Below, piece by piece: positions 49,390 to 57,991 of a DNA stretch of 64,000 nt. The position numbers and the translations under genes were made by a program. The stretch covers positions 65,490 to 129,489 of the forward strand of contig CACOHS010000003.1 in NCBI GenBank assembly GCA_902627055.1. Reading direction: 5' to 3'. The notes beneath the pieces were generated by a model that worked only from the letters and a program-made list of their open reading frames with translations, was not told the origin of the DNA and made no database searches. Source of the stretch: an uncultured SAR86 cluster bacterium (GTDB lineage Bacteria; Pseudomonadota; Gammaproteobacteria; Magnimaribacterales; D2472). The number at the start of each line of letters is the position of its first letter. Position 1 is the first letter of the stretch.

Positions 49390-49809
49390 ATGCTGGAATT
49401 CAATTTATTTTTAATAGACTATTGGTATTTTTCTGTGCCTTTGTTTCTTTCTATTGTTCTATGGTTTCGCTCTGAGACAAGAAGGGGCGGCAATCGAGTA
49501 GATTGTACTCAACTCACTTATTTGGTGAATAAACAGTCTGCCCGTTTATTAGATGTTAGACCCAAAAGCGAATTTGAAACTGGTGCAATTGCAGGATCTG
49601 TGAATATTCCCTTTGACGAATTAGAAAACAGAAATGAAGAATTATTAAGAGATCAAGATAACCCTATCGTGTTAATTTGCAAAATGGGAAGAAATGCAGC
49701 TTTAGCTGGTGAAAAGATGCAGAAATATGGCTTTAAAGAAACTCACGTATTACAGGGTGGGATTTCAACCTGGCAACAAGAAGGACTTCCATTGGTCAAA
49801 GTAAAGTAG
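49390..49809 (+). CDS. Membrane-anchored rhodanese-domain protein (YibN-like)
   Basis: N-terminal TM segment and a rhodanese fold with active-site loop CKMGRNA. Confidence 0.8.
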   Translation: MLEFNLFLIDYWYFSVPLFLSIVLWFRSETRRGGNRVDCTQLTYLVNKQSARLLDVRPKSEFETGAIAGSVNIPFDELENRNEELLRDQDNPIVLICKMGRNAALAGEKMQKYGFKETHVLQGGISTWQQEGLPLVKVK

Positions 49810-49812
49810 CTC

Positions 49813-50250
49813 ATGAATTTCAATATTAAGTTTTTAATCCTTATTCAATTTCTCATCATTAATATTTCCGCAGACGAATTGATTATTAAAATATCGGGAC
49901 AAACCAAGGCAGGCATTTTGAATTTAGGTATCTATAATAATGCAGAAGCGTATGATCAATCTGTAAAAGGGGAAGGGAGATCAGAAAGCGGCCTTTTTTC
50001 TGGAATTGATTCTTACATTGAACTTAGAGAAAGTCATGAGTTTAGTATTGATCTCCCTGAGGGAACTTATGCCATTGCACTTTTTATTGATGCAAATAAA
50101 AATTTGAAAATAGATAAAAATTTTCTTGGTATACCGAAAGAACAATATGGTTTTTCTAATAATGCCATGGGCAAGCTGTCAGGGCCCTCTTTTGACCAAG
50201 CAAAGTTTCAGGTAAAGGGTAATACAGTTCAAAGTATTAAATTGAAATAA
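49813..50250 (+). CDS. DUF2141 domain secreted protein
   Basis: Signal peptide. The YAIALFIDANKNLKIDKNFLGIPKEQYGFSNN motif is typical of DUF2141. Confidence 0.65.
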   Translation: MNFNIKFLILIQFLIINISADELIIKISGQTKAGILNLGIYNNAEAYDQSVKGEGRSESGLFSGIDSYIELRESHEFSIDLPEGTYAIALFIDANKNLKIDKNFLGIPKEQYGFSNNAMGKLSGPSFDQAKFQVKGNTVQSIKLK

Positions 50251-50265
50251 TATATAATCTATTCA

Positions 50266-50517
50266 ATGAAAGAAGTAACTATTTATACAACAAAAACATG
50301 CCCATATTGCTTTAAAGCTAAAAGGTTATTTAAAAAATTAGATATAGCTTATAAAGAAATTTCCGTTGATTTCAATCCTAAGCTAAGAGCGGAAATGGCA
50401 GCAAAAGCTGGAAAAACATCTGTGCCTCAAATTTGGTTTGATGATAGCCACATTGGAGGATGTGATGATTTACATGAGCTTTACGAATCTAAAAATTTAT
50501 TAAGGGCTTTAAGTTAA
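50266..50517 (+). CDS. grxC: Glutaredoxin 3
   Basis: 83 aa with a CPYC active site and TSVPQIW...GGCDD. Confidence 0.9.
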   Translation: MKEVTIYTTKTCPYCFKAKRLFKKLDIAYKEISVDFNPKLRAEMAAKAGKTSVPQIWFDDSHIGGCDDLHELYESKNLLRALS

Positions 50518-51902
50518 GCTTTTTGAGCTTTTATTTTTTTTGAGAGAGTATTTCTTCCAATACCCAAAACCTTAGCTGCATCTTGTTTTTTTCCGCCAGT
50601 TTTGCCTAAGGCAAAATCTATGATCACTTTATCTAACTCTGGTTCAATAATTTCAAGCATATTCTCTGATTTGCTTTGATAAATTTCACCAAGCCAATTC
50701 GATAATCCTGATTGCCAATTTTCATTTTCAGCTTTTTCAGGCTGATCATTATTTATAATTTCTGCAGGAAGATCTTCTAAATTTACATTTTGAGTAGGCG
50801 CCATTAGAGCAATCCAATAACAGATATTTTCTAACTGCCTCACATTTCCTGGCCAATCATATTGAGTTAAGGCAAGCAGGGCCTCTTGAGAGAGTACTTT
50901 TGGATCATCCATCAAGGAATCTGCATGTCTTTTCAAAAAAGCAGATGACAAGTCAGCAATATCCTCTTTTCTTTGTCTTAATGGAGGCACATCTACTCTG
51001 ATAACGTTTAATCTATAGTAAAGGTCTTCTCTGAATGAACCGGCAGCGACAAGGGATTCGAGGCTTTGATGTGTAGCGGCTAAAATTCGAACATCTACTT
51101 TTATAGGTTTATCTCCACCAACCCTAAAAAATTCTTTATTTGATAAAACTCTTAGTAAGCGAGTCTGAGTTTCAAGAGGCATGTCTCCAATCTCATCAAG
51201 AAAAAGAGTTCCCCCATTTGCCTGTTCAAACCTTCCAATTCTTTGTTCCACTGCGCCAGTAAAGGCCCCCTTTTCATGCCCAAATAGTTCTGACTCAATG
51301 AGTTCTTTTGGAATATCGGCCATGTTTAATGCAATAAATGGCATATCATGTCTTGGGCTGTTTTTATGTAGTGACTTAGAGACTAATTCTTTTCCCGTTC
51401 CAGATTCTCCTTGTATTAGAACAGTGGCATTAGTATTGGCAAGCTTACCAATTGATCTAAAGACAATTTGCATTGAGGGAGCTGAGCCGATAATTTCTGC
51501 TTTAGGAATCTTTTTTGGCTTGGCATCATTATGCTCATTAAGGGCTTTTTGGATTGTAATAACAGCTTCCTCAAGATCAAACGGCTTTGGAATATATTCA
51601 AAAGCGCCACCTCCATATGAATCAATAGCAGCTTGCATATCGGTAAAAGCGGTCATGATAATTACTGGTAATTTTTCATAATTATTTTTTACATGTTTTA
51701 GAAGATCATAACCATGCATACCAGGCATTTTTATATCTGAGATAATTAAATCTGGTTTCTCTGTATTTAAAGCATCAATTAATGATTCGCCATTAGAAAA
51801 TGTTTTAATCTCAAAACCAGCACTCTTAAGACCTTCTTCAAGCACTAAACGAATAGCCTCGTCGTCATCTGCTATCCATATTTTAGGCACTTTGAGCTCC
51901 AT
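50514..51902 (-). CDS. ntrC: Nitrogen regulation response regulator NtrC (sigma-54 activator)
   Basis: Receiver domain (DDDEAIR...SDIKMPG), AAA+ domain (GESGTGKE, GAFTGA) and a C-terminal Fis-type helix-turn-helix. Confidence 0.92.
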   Translation of the reverse strand: MELKVPKIWIADDDEAIRLVLEEGLKSAGFEIKTFSNGESLIDALNTEKPDLIISDIKMPGMHGYDLLKHVKNNYEKLPVIIMTAFTDMQAAIDSYGGGAFEYIPKPFDLEEAVITIQKALNEHNDAKPKKIPKAEIIGSAPSMQIVFRSIGKLANTNATVLIQGESGTGKELVSKSLHKNSPRHDMPFIALNMADIPKELIESELFGHEKGAFTGAVEQRIGRFEQANGGTLFLDEIGDMPLETQTRLLRVLSNKEFFRVGGDKPIKVDVRILAATHQSLESLVAAGSFREDLYYRLNVIRVDVPPLRQRKEDIADLSSAFLKRHADSLMDDPKVLSQEALLALTQYDWPGNVRQLENICYWIALMAPTQNVNLEDLPAEIINNDQPEKAENENWQSGLSNWLGEIYQSKSENMLEIIEPELDKVIIDFALGKTGGKKQDAAKVLGIGRNTLSKKIKAQKA

Positions 51903-52971
51903 TAATATTGTTATTAGATATAGGTATTAAAATTGAAAATATTGTTTGTTTATCTTTACGATCAAACGATATTGTTCCACCATGAATTCTCACGATATCT
52001 TGAGAAATAGATAGCCCAATTCCTGATCCATTTTCTTTGCCAGATATCATCGGGAAGAAAATTTGATCTTCAATCTCTGAGCTCACTCCAGGCCCATTAT
52101 CTTTAATGACTATTTCAGCTAGAGTGTTATGAACTTTTCCATTGATTGGCTGTCGGTATGAGATTTTAGTTTGGATTTGTAGACATGGTTTCTCTGCAAA
52201 ATTCATGCAGGCATGAACTGCATTTTGAGTAATATTAATTAAGGCCTGAATAAATAAATTTTTGTCGCCGTAAATTTCAGGAATACTTGGATCATAGTCC
52301 CTCTCAATGATTAAGTTATCTTGAGATTCAGCTTTGCTTAAAGCTAAAACTCTCTGCAGAGCTTCATGAAGATTAAAATATTCAAAAGTTGGTTTTTTTG
52401 CCGGAGTTAATATTCTGGTTACAATCTCATTAAGTCTATCAGTTTCTTCCTCAATAATTTTTAAAAACTTTTTTGAGAAATCATCTTCATATTTTGATTT
52501 TAAAATTTGAGCGCTGCCTTTAATTCCTGACAAAGGATTTTTCACTTCATGAGCAAGAGTTCTAGCTAAACCTGCTGCTATTTTTTGTGTTGAAAAATTT
52601 CTAGTTGAATCAATGATTTTATTGAGATTATCAATGTTGACAGCTTCAATAAATACAAGGTTCTTTTTGTCTGAAAAAGTTATAGTAAGATCAATTTTTC
52701 TTGCATCCCCTGACTTTTGAACAATTTCAAAGTCTCTTTTAGTAACCGATCCATTATTCTTTTTAGTTTTTCGAAGAATCTGATTGATTTGATCTCCAGT
52801 TCGCTCGTCTAGTATTGATAAAATTGTTTTACCTTTCAGTTTAGAGGAATCGCCAGTCCAATGTGCAGCTTTTGCAGCTTCATTCATCCATACTAAATTG
52901 AAACTATCTCCATCTAAGATAATGATTTCGGTATTTAAGTTGTCAAATGCTTGAAAATTTGAAAAATCCAT
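51883..52971 (-). CDS. ntrB: Nitrogen regulation sensor histidine kinase NtrB
   Basis: PAS N-domain, H box (LAHEVKNPLSGI), and N and G boxes. Overlaps ntrC by 20 nt. Confidence 0.88.
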   Translation of the reverse strand: MDFSNFQAFDNLNTEIIILDGDSFNLVWMNEAAKAAHWTGDSSKLKGKTILSILDERTGDQINQILRKTKKNNGSVTKRDFEIVQKSGDARKIDLTITFSDKKNLVFIEAVNIDNLNKIIDSTRNFSTQKIAAGLARTLAHEVKNPLSGIKGSAQILKSKYEDDFSKKFLKIIEEETDRLNEIVTRILTPAKKPTFEYFNLHEALQRVLALSKAESQDNLIIERDYDPSIPEIYGDKNLFIQALINITQNAVHACMNFAEKPCLQIQTKISYRQPINGKVHNTLAEIVIKDNGPGVSSEIEDQIFFPMISGKENGSGIGLSISQDIVRIHGGTISFDRKDKQTIFSILIPISNNNINGAQSA

Positions 52972-52978
52972 ACTACCT

Positions 52979-53013
52979 AAAAAAATAAAGCCCCCCTGGA
53001 GAGGAGGGCTTTT
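52979..53013 (-). terminator. Rho-independent terminator or attenuator between glnII and ntrB
   Basis: The minus-strand RNA reads AAAGCCCUCC-UCUCCA-GGGGGGCUUU followed by AUUUUUUU. This is a 7-bp GC-rich stem extended by A-U pairs. The U tract ends 7 nt before the ntrB ATG. Confidence 0.6.
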
Positions 53014-53049
53014 GATTTGTATTTGTATAAAAGTTACTCAATTCTTATT

Positions 53050-54030
53050 TTATTTTGTAAGAGTCCCAACAATGTGAGCCAGTATCTTGTAAGGATCTGC
53101 ATTAGAAGCTGGCCTTCTGTCTTCTAAGTAACCATTCCAGTTATGCTCAACAGTGTATACTGGTATTCTAATACTAGCTCCTCGATCGCTGACTCCATAT
53201 GAGAATGTATCGATGCTTTGAGTTTCATGAAGACCAGTTAATCTCATATCGTTATCAGAGCCATAAGCTGCAATTCCATCCTCATGAACTTTTCCGAGCT
53301 TGTCACATATTGAAGAGAATAGTTCCTCTGTACCATTTGATCTCATTTCTTCGTTTGAAAAATTAGTATGCATTCCTGAGCCATTCCAGTCTCCTGTTTT
53401 TGGTTTGGGATGTATATTTACTCCAATTCCATACTCTTCAGCAATCTTATAAAGCAGATATCTGCTTACCCATAGATCGTCAGCAGCCTTAATGCCTTCA
53501 CCGAAGCATTGATATTCCCATTGTCCAAGGGCAACTTCAGCATTTGTTCCTGTTAATTTAATTCCAAGATCAAGGCATGCTTGCAAGTGATGATCTGACA
53601 CTTCCCTACCAACAACATTTCCAGCACCAACTCCGCAATAATAATCACCTTGTGCTCTCGGCTCACCATTTTCCCAACCTAATGGCTCTCCAGTTTCTGG
53701 ATCAGTAAAAAAGTATTCTTGTTCAAATCCAAACCACCATTCATCGGTCACTACATCAGCTGCAGCAGCTCTAAAATTAGATGGGTGGGTGGTATGGTCA
53801 GCTGATTGTACTTGTGTCATCACAATGTCATGACCATGAGGATTTTCATATGTTTGAACAGGCAGCAGCAAACAATCTGAGCTTCCACCTTCAGCTTGTT
53901 GAGTTGATGATCCATCAAAAGACCAATCTGGTGGTGTGTCTGCATCTGTAGCTTTTACTTTGCTTCTCATTGATGGCTCAGGCTGATAGCCGTCAAGCCA
54001 AATGTATTCGTATGTTTTATATTTTGACAT
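53050..54030 (-). CDS. glnII: Glutamine synthetase type II (eukaryote-like GlnII)
   Basis: 326 aa. YEYIWLDG...FDGSSTQQAEG..SDC, WFGFEQEYF, NAEVALGQWEYQ and YLEDRRPASNADPY align along the whole length with rhizobial GlnII as I remember it. Confidence 0.9.
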   Translation of the reverse strand: MSKYKTYEYIWLDGYQPEPSMRSKVKATDADTPPDWSFDGSSTQQAEGGSSDCLLLPVQTYENPHGHDIVMTQVQSADHTTHPSNFRAAAADVVTDEWWFGFEQEYFFTDPETGEPLGWENGEPRAQGDYYCGVGAGNVVGREVSDHHLQACLDLGIKLTGTNAEVALGQWEYQCFGEGIKAADDLWVSRYLLYKIAEEYGIGVNIHPKPKTGDWNGSGMHTNFSNEEMRSNGTEELFSSICDKLGKVHEDGIAAYGSDNDMRLTGLHETQSIDTFSYGVSDRGASIRIPVYTVEHNWNGYLEDRRPASNADPYKILAHIVGTLTK

Positions 54031-54077
54031 TCTCTCTCTCCTAAAAATTTATTGAGTTTCTATACATTTATACATGA

Positions 54078-54093
54078 TGCAATCTTTATGCCA
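54078..54093 (-). promoter_or_regulatory. Sigma-54 promoter of glnII: TGGCAT-AAAGA-TTGCA
   Basis: The minus-strand sequence has GG and GC at the exact consensus spacing (TGGCAC-N5-TTGCA). The predicted start is near 54067, and AGGAG lies 9 nt before the ATG. Confidence 0.7.
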
Positions 54094-54100
54094 ATATATA

Positions 54101-54117
54101 TGCACTTATGCAGTGCA
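54101..54117. promoter_or_regulatory. NtrC-binding palindrome TGCACT-TATGC-AGTGCA (proximal)
   Basis: A perfect 6-5-6 inverted repeat matching the NtrC consensus TGCACC-N5-GGTGCA. Confidence 0.65.
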
Positions 54118-54152
54118 TGATATGATCAATTTTAGTTCAATATCTTATAAAT

Positions 54153-54169
54153 TGCACTATATCAGTGCA
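54153..54169. promoter_or_regulatory. NtrC-binding palindrome TGCACT-ATATC-AGTGCA (distal)
   Basis: A second perfect 6-5-6 repeat whose centre is 52 bp from the first, about five helical turns. It overlaps the yqiA stop codon. Confidence 0.65.
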
Positions 54170-54734
54170 TATTTAAAAATAATTTTATCTTAGGAAAGTA
54201 GTTCTCGAAGCCTTCGAATGAGTGATTGCCACCAAATTTAATCTCAATTTTGCTTCCAGCGAAATATCTAATTGCAAGCTTGTAATCCAACACCTCATCA
54301 CCCGATTGAATCAAAGTCATAAAATTACCCGGTCTTTTTAAGACTTTAATTTTTTTACTCATCTCACTAAGCAAATTTAGATGATCTTTATTAATATCAA
54401 ATTTTTCACCTGTTGAGTAATTTTGATTTTCTCCAAGATACTCCGACATATCAATTGGTGGAACCGCTGGATTAATGTTTACGCAAAGAAGTTTATATTT
54501 GTCTGAAAAATATGTGGCATAGAATCCGCCTAAAGAACTTCCAATAATGGATGATGGAGATTCTGATTCTATTATTTTATCAATTTGATGATATGCATTT
54601 TCAATATCGTTATCTAAATCAGGAACTAAAATTTGAGTTGAACTAGTATTCTTTTTAACGAATGAGGTAATTAAATTTGCTTTTGTTGAATCGGCTGCAG
54701 AAGCAAACCCATGAAGATATAAAATTTTAGTCAT
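54162..54734 (-). CDS. yqiA: YqiA-like esterase (alpha/beta hydrolase, UPF0227)
   Basis: 190 aa. ILYLHGFASA N-terminus and a GSSLGG nucleophile elbow. Confidence 0.8.
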   Translation of the reverse strand: MTKILYLHGFASAADSTKANLITSFVKKNTSSTQILVPDLDNDIENAYHQIDKIIESESPSSIIGSSLGGFYATYFSDKYKLLCVNINPAVPPIDMSEYLGENQNYSTGEKFDINKDHLNLLSEMSKKIKVLKRPGNFMTLIQSGDEVLDYKLAIRYFAGSKIEIKFGGNHSFEGFENYFPKIKLFLNMH

Positions 54735-54761
54735 TCAAAAAATTGATTTCTTTTACTTAGA
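54717..54761 (-). repeat. Copy A of the duplicated DUF1249/yqiA junction (contains the functional yqiA start)
   Basis: 40 of 45 nt identical to 54829-54873 at a 112-nt offset. Confidence 0.8.
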
Positions 54762-54828
54762 TGATTTCATTGAATGGGCCAATTAAGTTTGCTTTTTTTA
54801 AATCATCCAGTGGAGAAAACTTAAAAAT

Positions 54829-54873
54829 ATATAAAATTTTACCCATTCAAGAAATTAATTTCTTTTACTTCGA
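54829..54873 (-). repeat. Copy B of the duplicated junction (contains the functional DUF1249 3' end and a relic yqiA start)
   Basis: See copy A. Downstream of the relic ATG (54846), 29 codons still read MGKILYIFKFSPLDDLKKANLIGPFNEII*, compared with the YqiA N-terminus MTKILYLHGFASAADSTKANLITSFVKKN. Confidence 0.8.
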
Positions 54874-55270
54874 CCGCTCCGTTTGTAAAAATATTTTCTA
54901 GCCATTCAGTTAGAATTCTATTTTGTTGATATTTTTCGTCTAGAGATTGACTAAATTGGGGTGGAGAAAAAAATGGAACTGGCTTTTCCTGCTGATAAGA
55001 AATTACCTCTGCTAATTTTGCATCGATGTAGATATTTATTCTTAATAGAAAATTAACCAAAGCAAGATCATTATTTTTAAATTTTGCCTCTATTGAAAGA
55101 GTATGAGGCGTTCTTGAAATTACAATGAATTCAGCCAGGCTTTTTTTGTCATTATTAAGAATTTCAAAAGTATAACTATCATTCTTGAAGTTACAGAGGA
55201 TTTTCTTCAATCTAGAATAATTAGCACCGCAGGTTGTGAGATGCTCTTTAGTTTTTAAAACTTTATACAT
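54839..55270 (-). CDS. DUF1249 (YqiB-like) protein
   Basis: 143 aa. The CGANYSRLKKIL motif resembles the DUF1249 CE-NY-L signature. It neighbours yqiA, as in E. coli yqiB-cpdA-yqiA. Confidence 0.65.
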   Translation of the reverse strand: MYKVLKTKEHLTTCGANYSRLKKILCNFKNDSYTFEILNNDKKSLAEFIVISRTPHTLSIEAKFKNNDLALVNFLLRINIYIDAKLAEVISYQQEKPVPFFSPPQFSQSLDEKYQQNRILTEWLENIFTNGAVEVKEINFLNG

Positions 55271-56395
55271 TCATTTAATTTTATAATCTTTGTTAAAAGG
55301 TGTATAGGATTTGCATGCTTCAATATAATTTTCAATTTGTATTTTTTCTGATTTACAAAAATCACTTACTGCTTGCCCAAAATCCTCTTTTAAAAAATAA
55401 TGGAAAGACGAACTTACGTGTGGTTGAAATCCTCTCCTTATTTTATGTTCCCCTTGAACCCCCGGATCAAAATATTTGAGATTATTATCAATACAATATT
55501 CTATCCCTTGATAGAAACAGCATTCAAAGTGTAGGTTTTTTATTTTTTTTGTTGCTCCCCAATGTCTTCCGTATAGTGTATTCTCTCCCTCAAAACAAAG
55601 AGATGCGCCAATTGGCTCTCCTTCGAGTTCAGCAAAGAAAATAATTGGTTTAACACACTGATTTGCGGTATTTATTATTTTAAAAAATTCTCTATTTAGA
55701 TATGGATTCTGAGCTCTTTCAAAGTATGTTTTTTGATAAAATATATAAAATAAATCCCAATCTTCTTTGGTGATTTCTTCATGTCTTTTGCAATAAATTT
55801 TAATGCCAAGTTTATTGATACTATTTCTTTCTTTGCGAATAGTAGCTCTTTGACGAGATGTAAAAACTGATAAGAAATTGTCAAAGTCACAAAAATTATA
55901 ATTGATCCAAGTAAATCTGTAATTCAATCTCTCAATAAAATTCTTATCACGTAAAACAGTCTTGCAGTCTTCGTTTGGAAAAAGAATATGCCAAGATTCA
56001 ATTTGCTCCATTTCCATTTTTCTTATACCTGCATCAATAAGATTTAATTTATTTTTTTTATTTTTAGCTAGAATTCTATCTCCTTCACATGGAGTGAAAG
56101 GAATTGCTGTTAATAATTTAGGATAATAACTTCTACCCGCTCTTTGCAATGCATTTGCCCATTGGTGATCGAAAATGAATTCACCATAACTATTAAATTT
56201 TTTATATAGCGGCATAAAACTTATTAATTTTTGATTTTCAATTTCCCCAAGATGATCTGGAATCCATCCAGACGTTTCTGAAGCAGATCCACTTTCTTCC
56301 ATTGCCCTTAAGTAAGTAAAATCTTCAAAAGGATTATTTGCCTTAATTGAGTAAGATTTTTCTTCTAGATTAATTTTTTTAATTTCAGACTTCAT
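55271..56395 (-). CDS. DUF482 / FemAB-like GNAT-fold N-acyltransferase family protein
   Basis: 374 aa. YGEFIFDHQWANA and YGRHWG motifs, remembered from the COG3146 family. Confidence 0.7.
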   Translation of the reverse strand: MKSEIKKINLEEKSYSIKANNPFEDFTYLRAMEESGSASETSGWIPDHLGEIENQKLISFMPLYKKFNSYGEFIFDHQWANALQRAGRSYYPKLLTAIPFTPCEGDRILAKNKKNKLNLIDAGIRKMEMEQIESWHILFPNEDCKTVLRDKNFIERLNYRFTWINYNFCDFDNFLSVFTSRQRATIRKERNSINKLGIKIYCKRHEEITKEDWDLFYIFYQKTYFERAQNPYLNREFFKIINTANQCVKPIIFFAELEGEPIGASLCFEGENTLYGRHWGATKKIKNLHFECCFYQGIEYCIDNNLKYFDPGVQGEHKIRRGFQPHVSSSFHYFLKEDFGQAVSDFCKSEKIQIENYIEACKSYTPFNKDYKIK

Positions 56396-56399
56396 GAAA

Positions 56400-57242
56400 T
56401 CAGATGATAAGAAAACAAAATACTGAAAGTATTAATAAATAAAGAGATGCAAAGTGATTATTTTTAAATGCAATTAAATATTTCTTTTGGTTGGCAAGAC
56501 GATGTTGATAAAAATAAAATCCACATAAAAAAATTGTTCCTATGAACCATATAAATTTTAGTTCAGCTTGCCATCCAACCATGAGTAGTAAACAAATTGC
56601 AAGGAATTGAAAGATTGCAACAATTTTTAAAGTATTTGATCCCCACCATAATGGCGTCGAATTGATCCCTAATTTTTTATCATCATCTTTGTCAGATAAT
56701 CCATAAAGAGTATCAAATGCAATAGTCATTGCAGCAATTGCAAGGTAAAGCAAAATCATAGTTGGATTATTTAATTCGTTTGTCATTGCATAAACTATGA
56801 TTGTGGGATTAAAAGTTAGACCAAGAAAAATTTGAGGTCCAATAAAAAATCTCTTTGTGAGAGGATAAACAACTATCATGAACGCAAAACAAATACTTAT
56901 CAAAATGGTATTTGTGTTAGTTAGACTGAGTAAAATTAAGCTTAATACTCCAAGTATTATAAAAATAGCCCAACTTTCAAATATTGAAACTTTTTTGCTC
57001 GGAATTGGTCTTAGTTTTGTTCTTTCTACACCGCCATCAAGGTCCTTATCCCAAATATCGTTAATGACGCAACCCGCTGATCTAACTAAGATAGCTCCTA
57101 CAAACACTATTAAAAAATCAGAAATTTTGAAATTGCCGCCAGTGCTTATGACTAAAGCTAGTAATGCAGGCCAAAGTAAAAGATATATCCCAATTGGCTT
57201 ATCTAGTCTCATCAATTCAAATAGGGCAACTGCTTTATTCAT
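56400..57242 (-). CDS. ubiA: 4-hydroxybenzoate polyprenyltransferase
   Basis: 280 aa, multi-TM, with NDIWDKDLD and YGLSDKDDD aspartate-rich motifs. Confidence 0.9.
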   Translation of the reverse strand: MNKAVALFELMRLDKPIGIYLLLWPALLALVISTGGNFKISDFLIVFVGAILVRSAGCVINDIWDKDLDGGVERTKLRPIPSKKVSIFESWAIFIILGVLSLILLSLTNTNTILISICFAFMIVVYPLTKRFFIGPQIFLGLTFNPTIIVYAMTNELNNPTMILLYLAIAAMTIAFDTLYGLSDKDDDKKLGINSTPLWWGSNTLKIVAIFQFLAICLLLMVGWQAELKFIWFIGTIFLCGFYFYQHRLANQKKYLIAFKNNHFASLYLLILSVFCFLII

Positions 57243-57730
57243 GGAGATAAGAAAACCTCCATAACACTCAATGGATAGCTACGAACTAGGTAATGAGTTC
57301 TTCTTCCCCAAACAATATTGTTATCAGCCATTTTAAATTCTGCAAATTCACGTTTGGTTTTAACAAATAACTTGCTTTGAAATAGCAAATCGCCAAGTGG
57401 TTTTGATCCTATTGATCCTAATCCAGGATAACCTTTTGAAGACGTAAGATTTGGTATGATGCTTCTAGCATAAACCAGGGGCAATAAATTTCCATAAAGC
57501 AGTACTTCCCTAATACGCACTTCTTCAGGAGACATTTTAAGAGCTGCGTATTCATCTTCTTCGGCTGAACCTATATCATCTTGTAAAATTTCAAGTTTGA
57601 ATTCGGCATTAGAAGAAATTTTTTTTGTTATTGAATTTTCTTCATGCAACCAATCAAGGATTTTTTGATCTCTCAAACAGTGTTTTAATTCTTCGGCATT
57701 TAGCCATTTATTATTTCTTGTAAGTTGCAT
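57239..57730 (-). CDS. ubiC: Chorismate pyruvate-lyase
   Basis: 163 aa. ILDWL...SITKK and WGRR...L...MEVFL align with E. coli UbiC. ATGA overlap with ubiA. Confidence 0.8.
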   Translation of the reverse strand: MQLTRNNKWLNAEELKHCLRDQKILDWLHEENSITKKISSNAEFKLEILQDDIGSAEEDEYAALKMSPEEVRIREVLLYGNLLPLVYARSIIPNLTSSKGYPGLGSIGSKPLGDLLFQSKLFVKTKREFAEFKMADNNIVWGRRTHYLVRSYPLSVMEVFLSP

Positions 57731-57817
57731 TAATTAGATCTTCAAAATCTGATATTATAGCCTGCTTAATTTTCATTAAATGAGACTTTTTAATACTGAT
57801 TATCTAAGAGAGAAGAA

Positions 57818-57991
57818 ATGAAATACAAAAAATGGGAATGCATTGTATGTGGACTGATCTATGATGAAGAGCTAGGTTGGCCTGATGACGGTATTGAACC
57901 AGGAACTGCTTGGGATGACGTTCCTGATGATTGGTTATGCCCTGACTGTGGAGTGGGCAAAGAAGATTTTGAAATGATTGAAATTGAATGA
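57818..57991 (+). CDS. rubA: Rubredoxin (57 aa); not in the supplied ORF track
   Basis: Hand translation gives [57 protein letters not shown]. It has two CxxCG knuckles and GAGAGAAG 3 nt before the ATG. Confidence 0.9.
   Translation: MKYKKWECIVCGLIYDEELGWPDDGIEPGTAWDDVPDDWLCPDCGVGKEDFEMIEIE

Noticed and set aside
51181-51681. 166-aa ORF on the + strand, plus similar long antisense ORFs at 685-930, 56878-57264, 60744-61145, 60315-60617, 45270-45587 and 22344-22655.
   Set aside because: Each lies entirely antisense within a gene that has strong family motifs (ntrC, crotonase, ubiA, hppA, D-aminoacylase, lgt). Their products are low-complexity and match no recognisable family. They are treated as shadow ORFs.
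54091-54130. A sigma-70 promoter overlapping the proximal NtrC site, analogous to glnAp1.
   Set aside because: TTGATC and TATATA hexamers are present on the minus strand, but they are 23 nt apart. No acceptable -35/-10 spacing could be found.
54761-54809. 8-bp inverted repeat GATGATTT...AAATCATC in the DUF1249/yqiA spacer, considered as a terminator or small RNA.
   Set aside because: The loop is 33 nt, the stem is AT-rich and there is no U tract. The region is better explained as relic coding sequence from the junction duplication.
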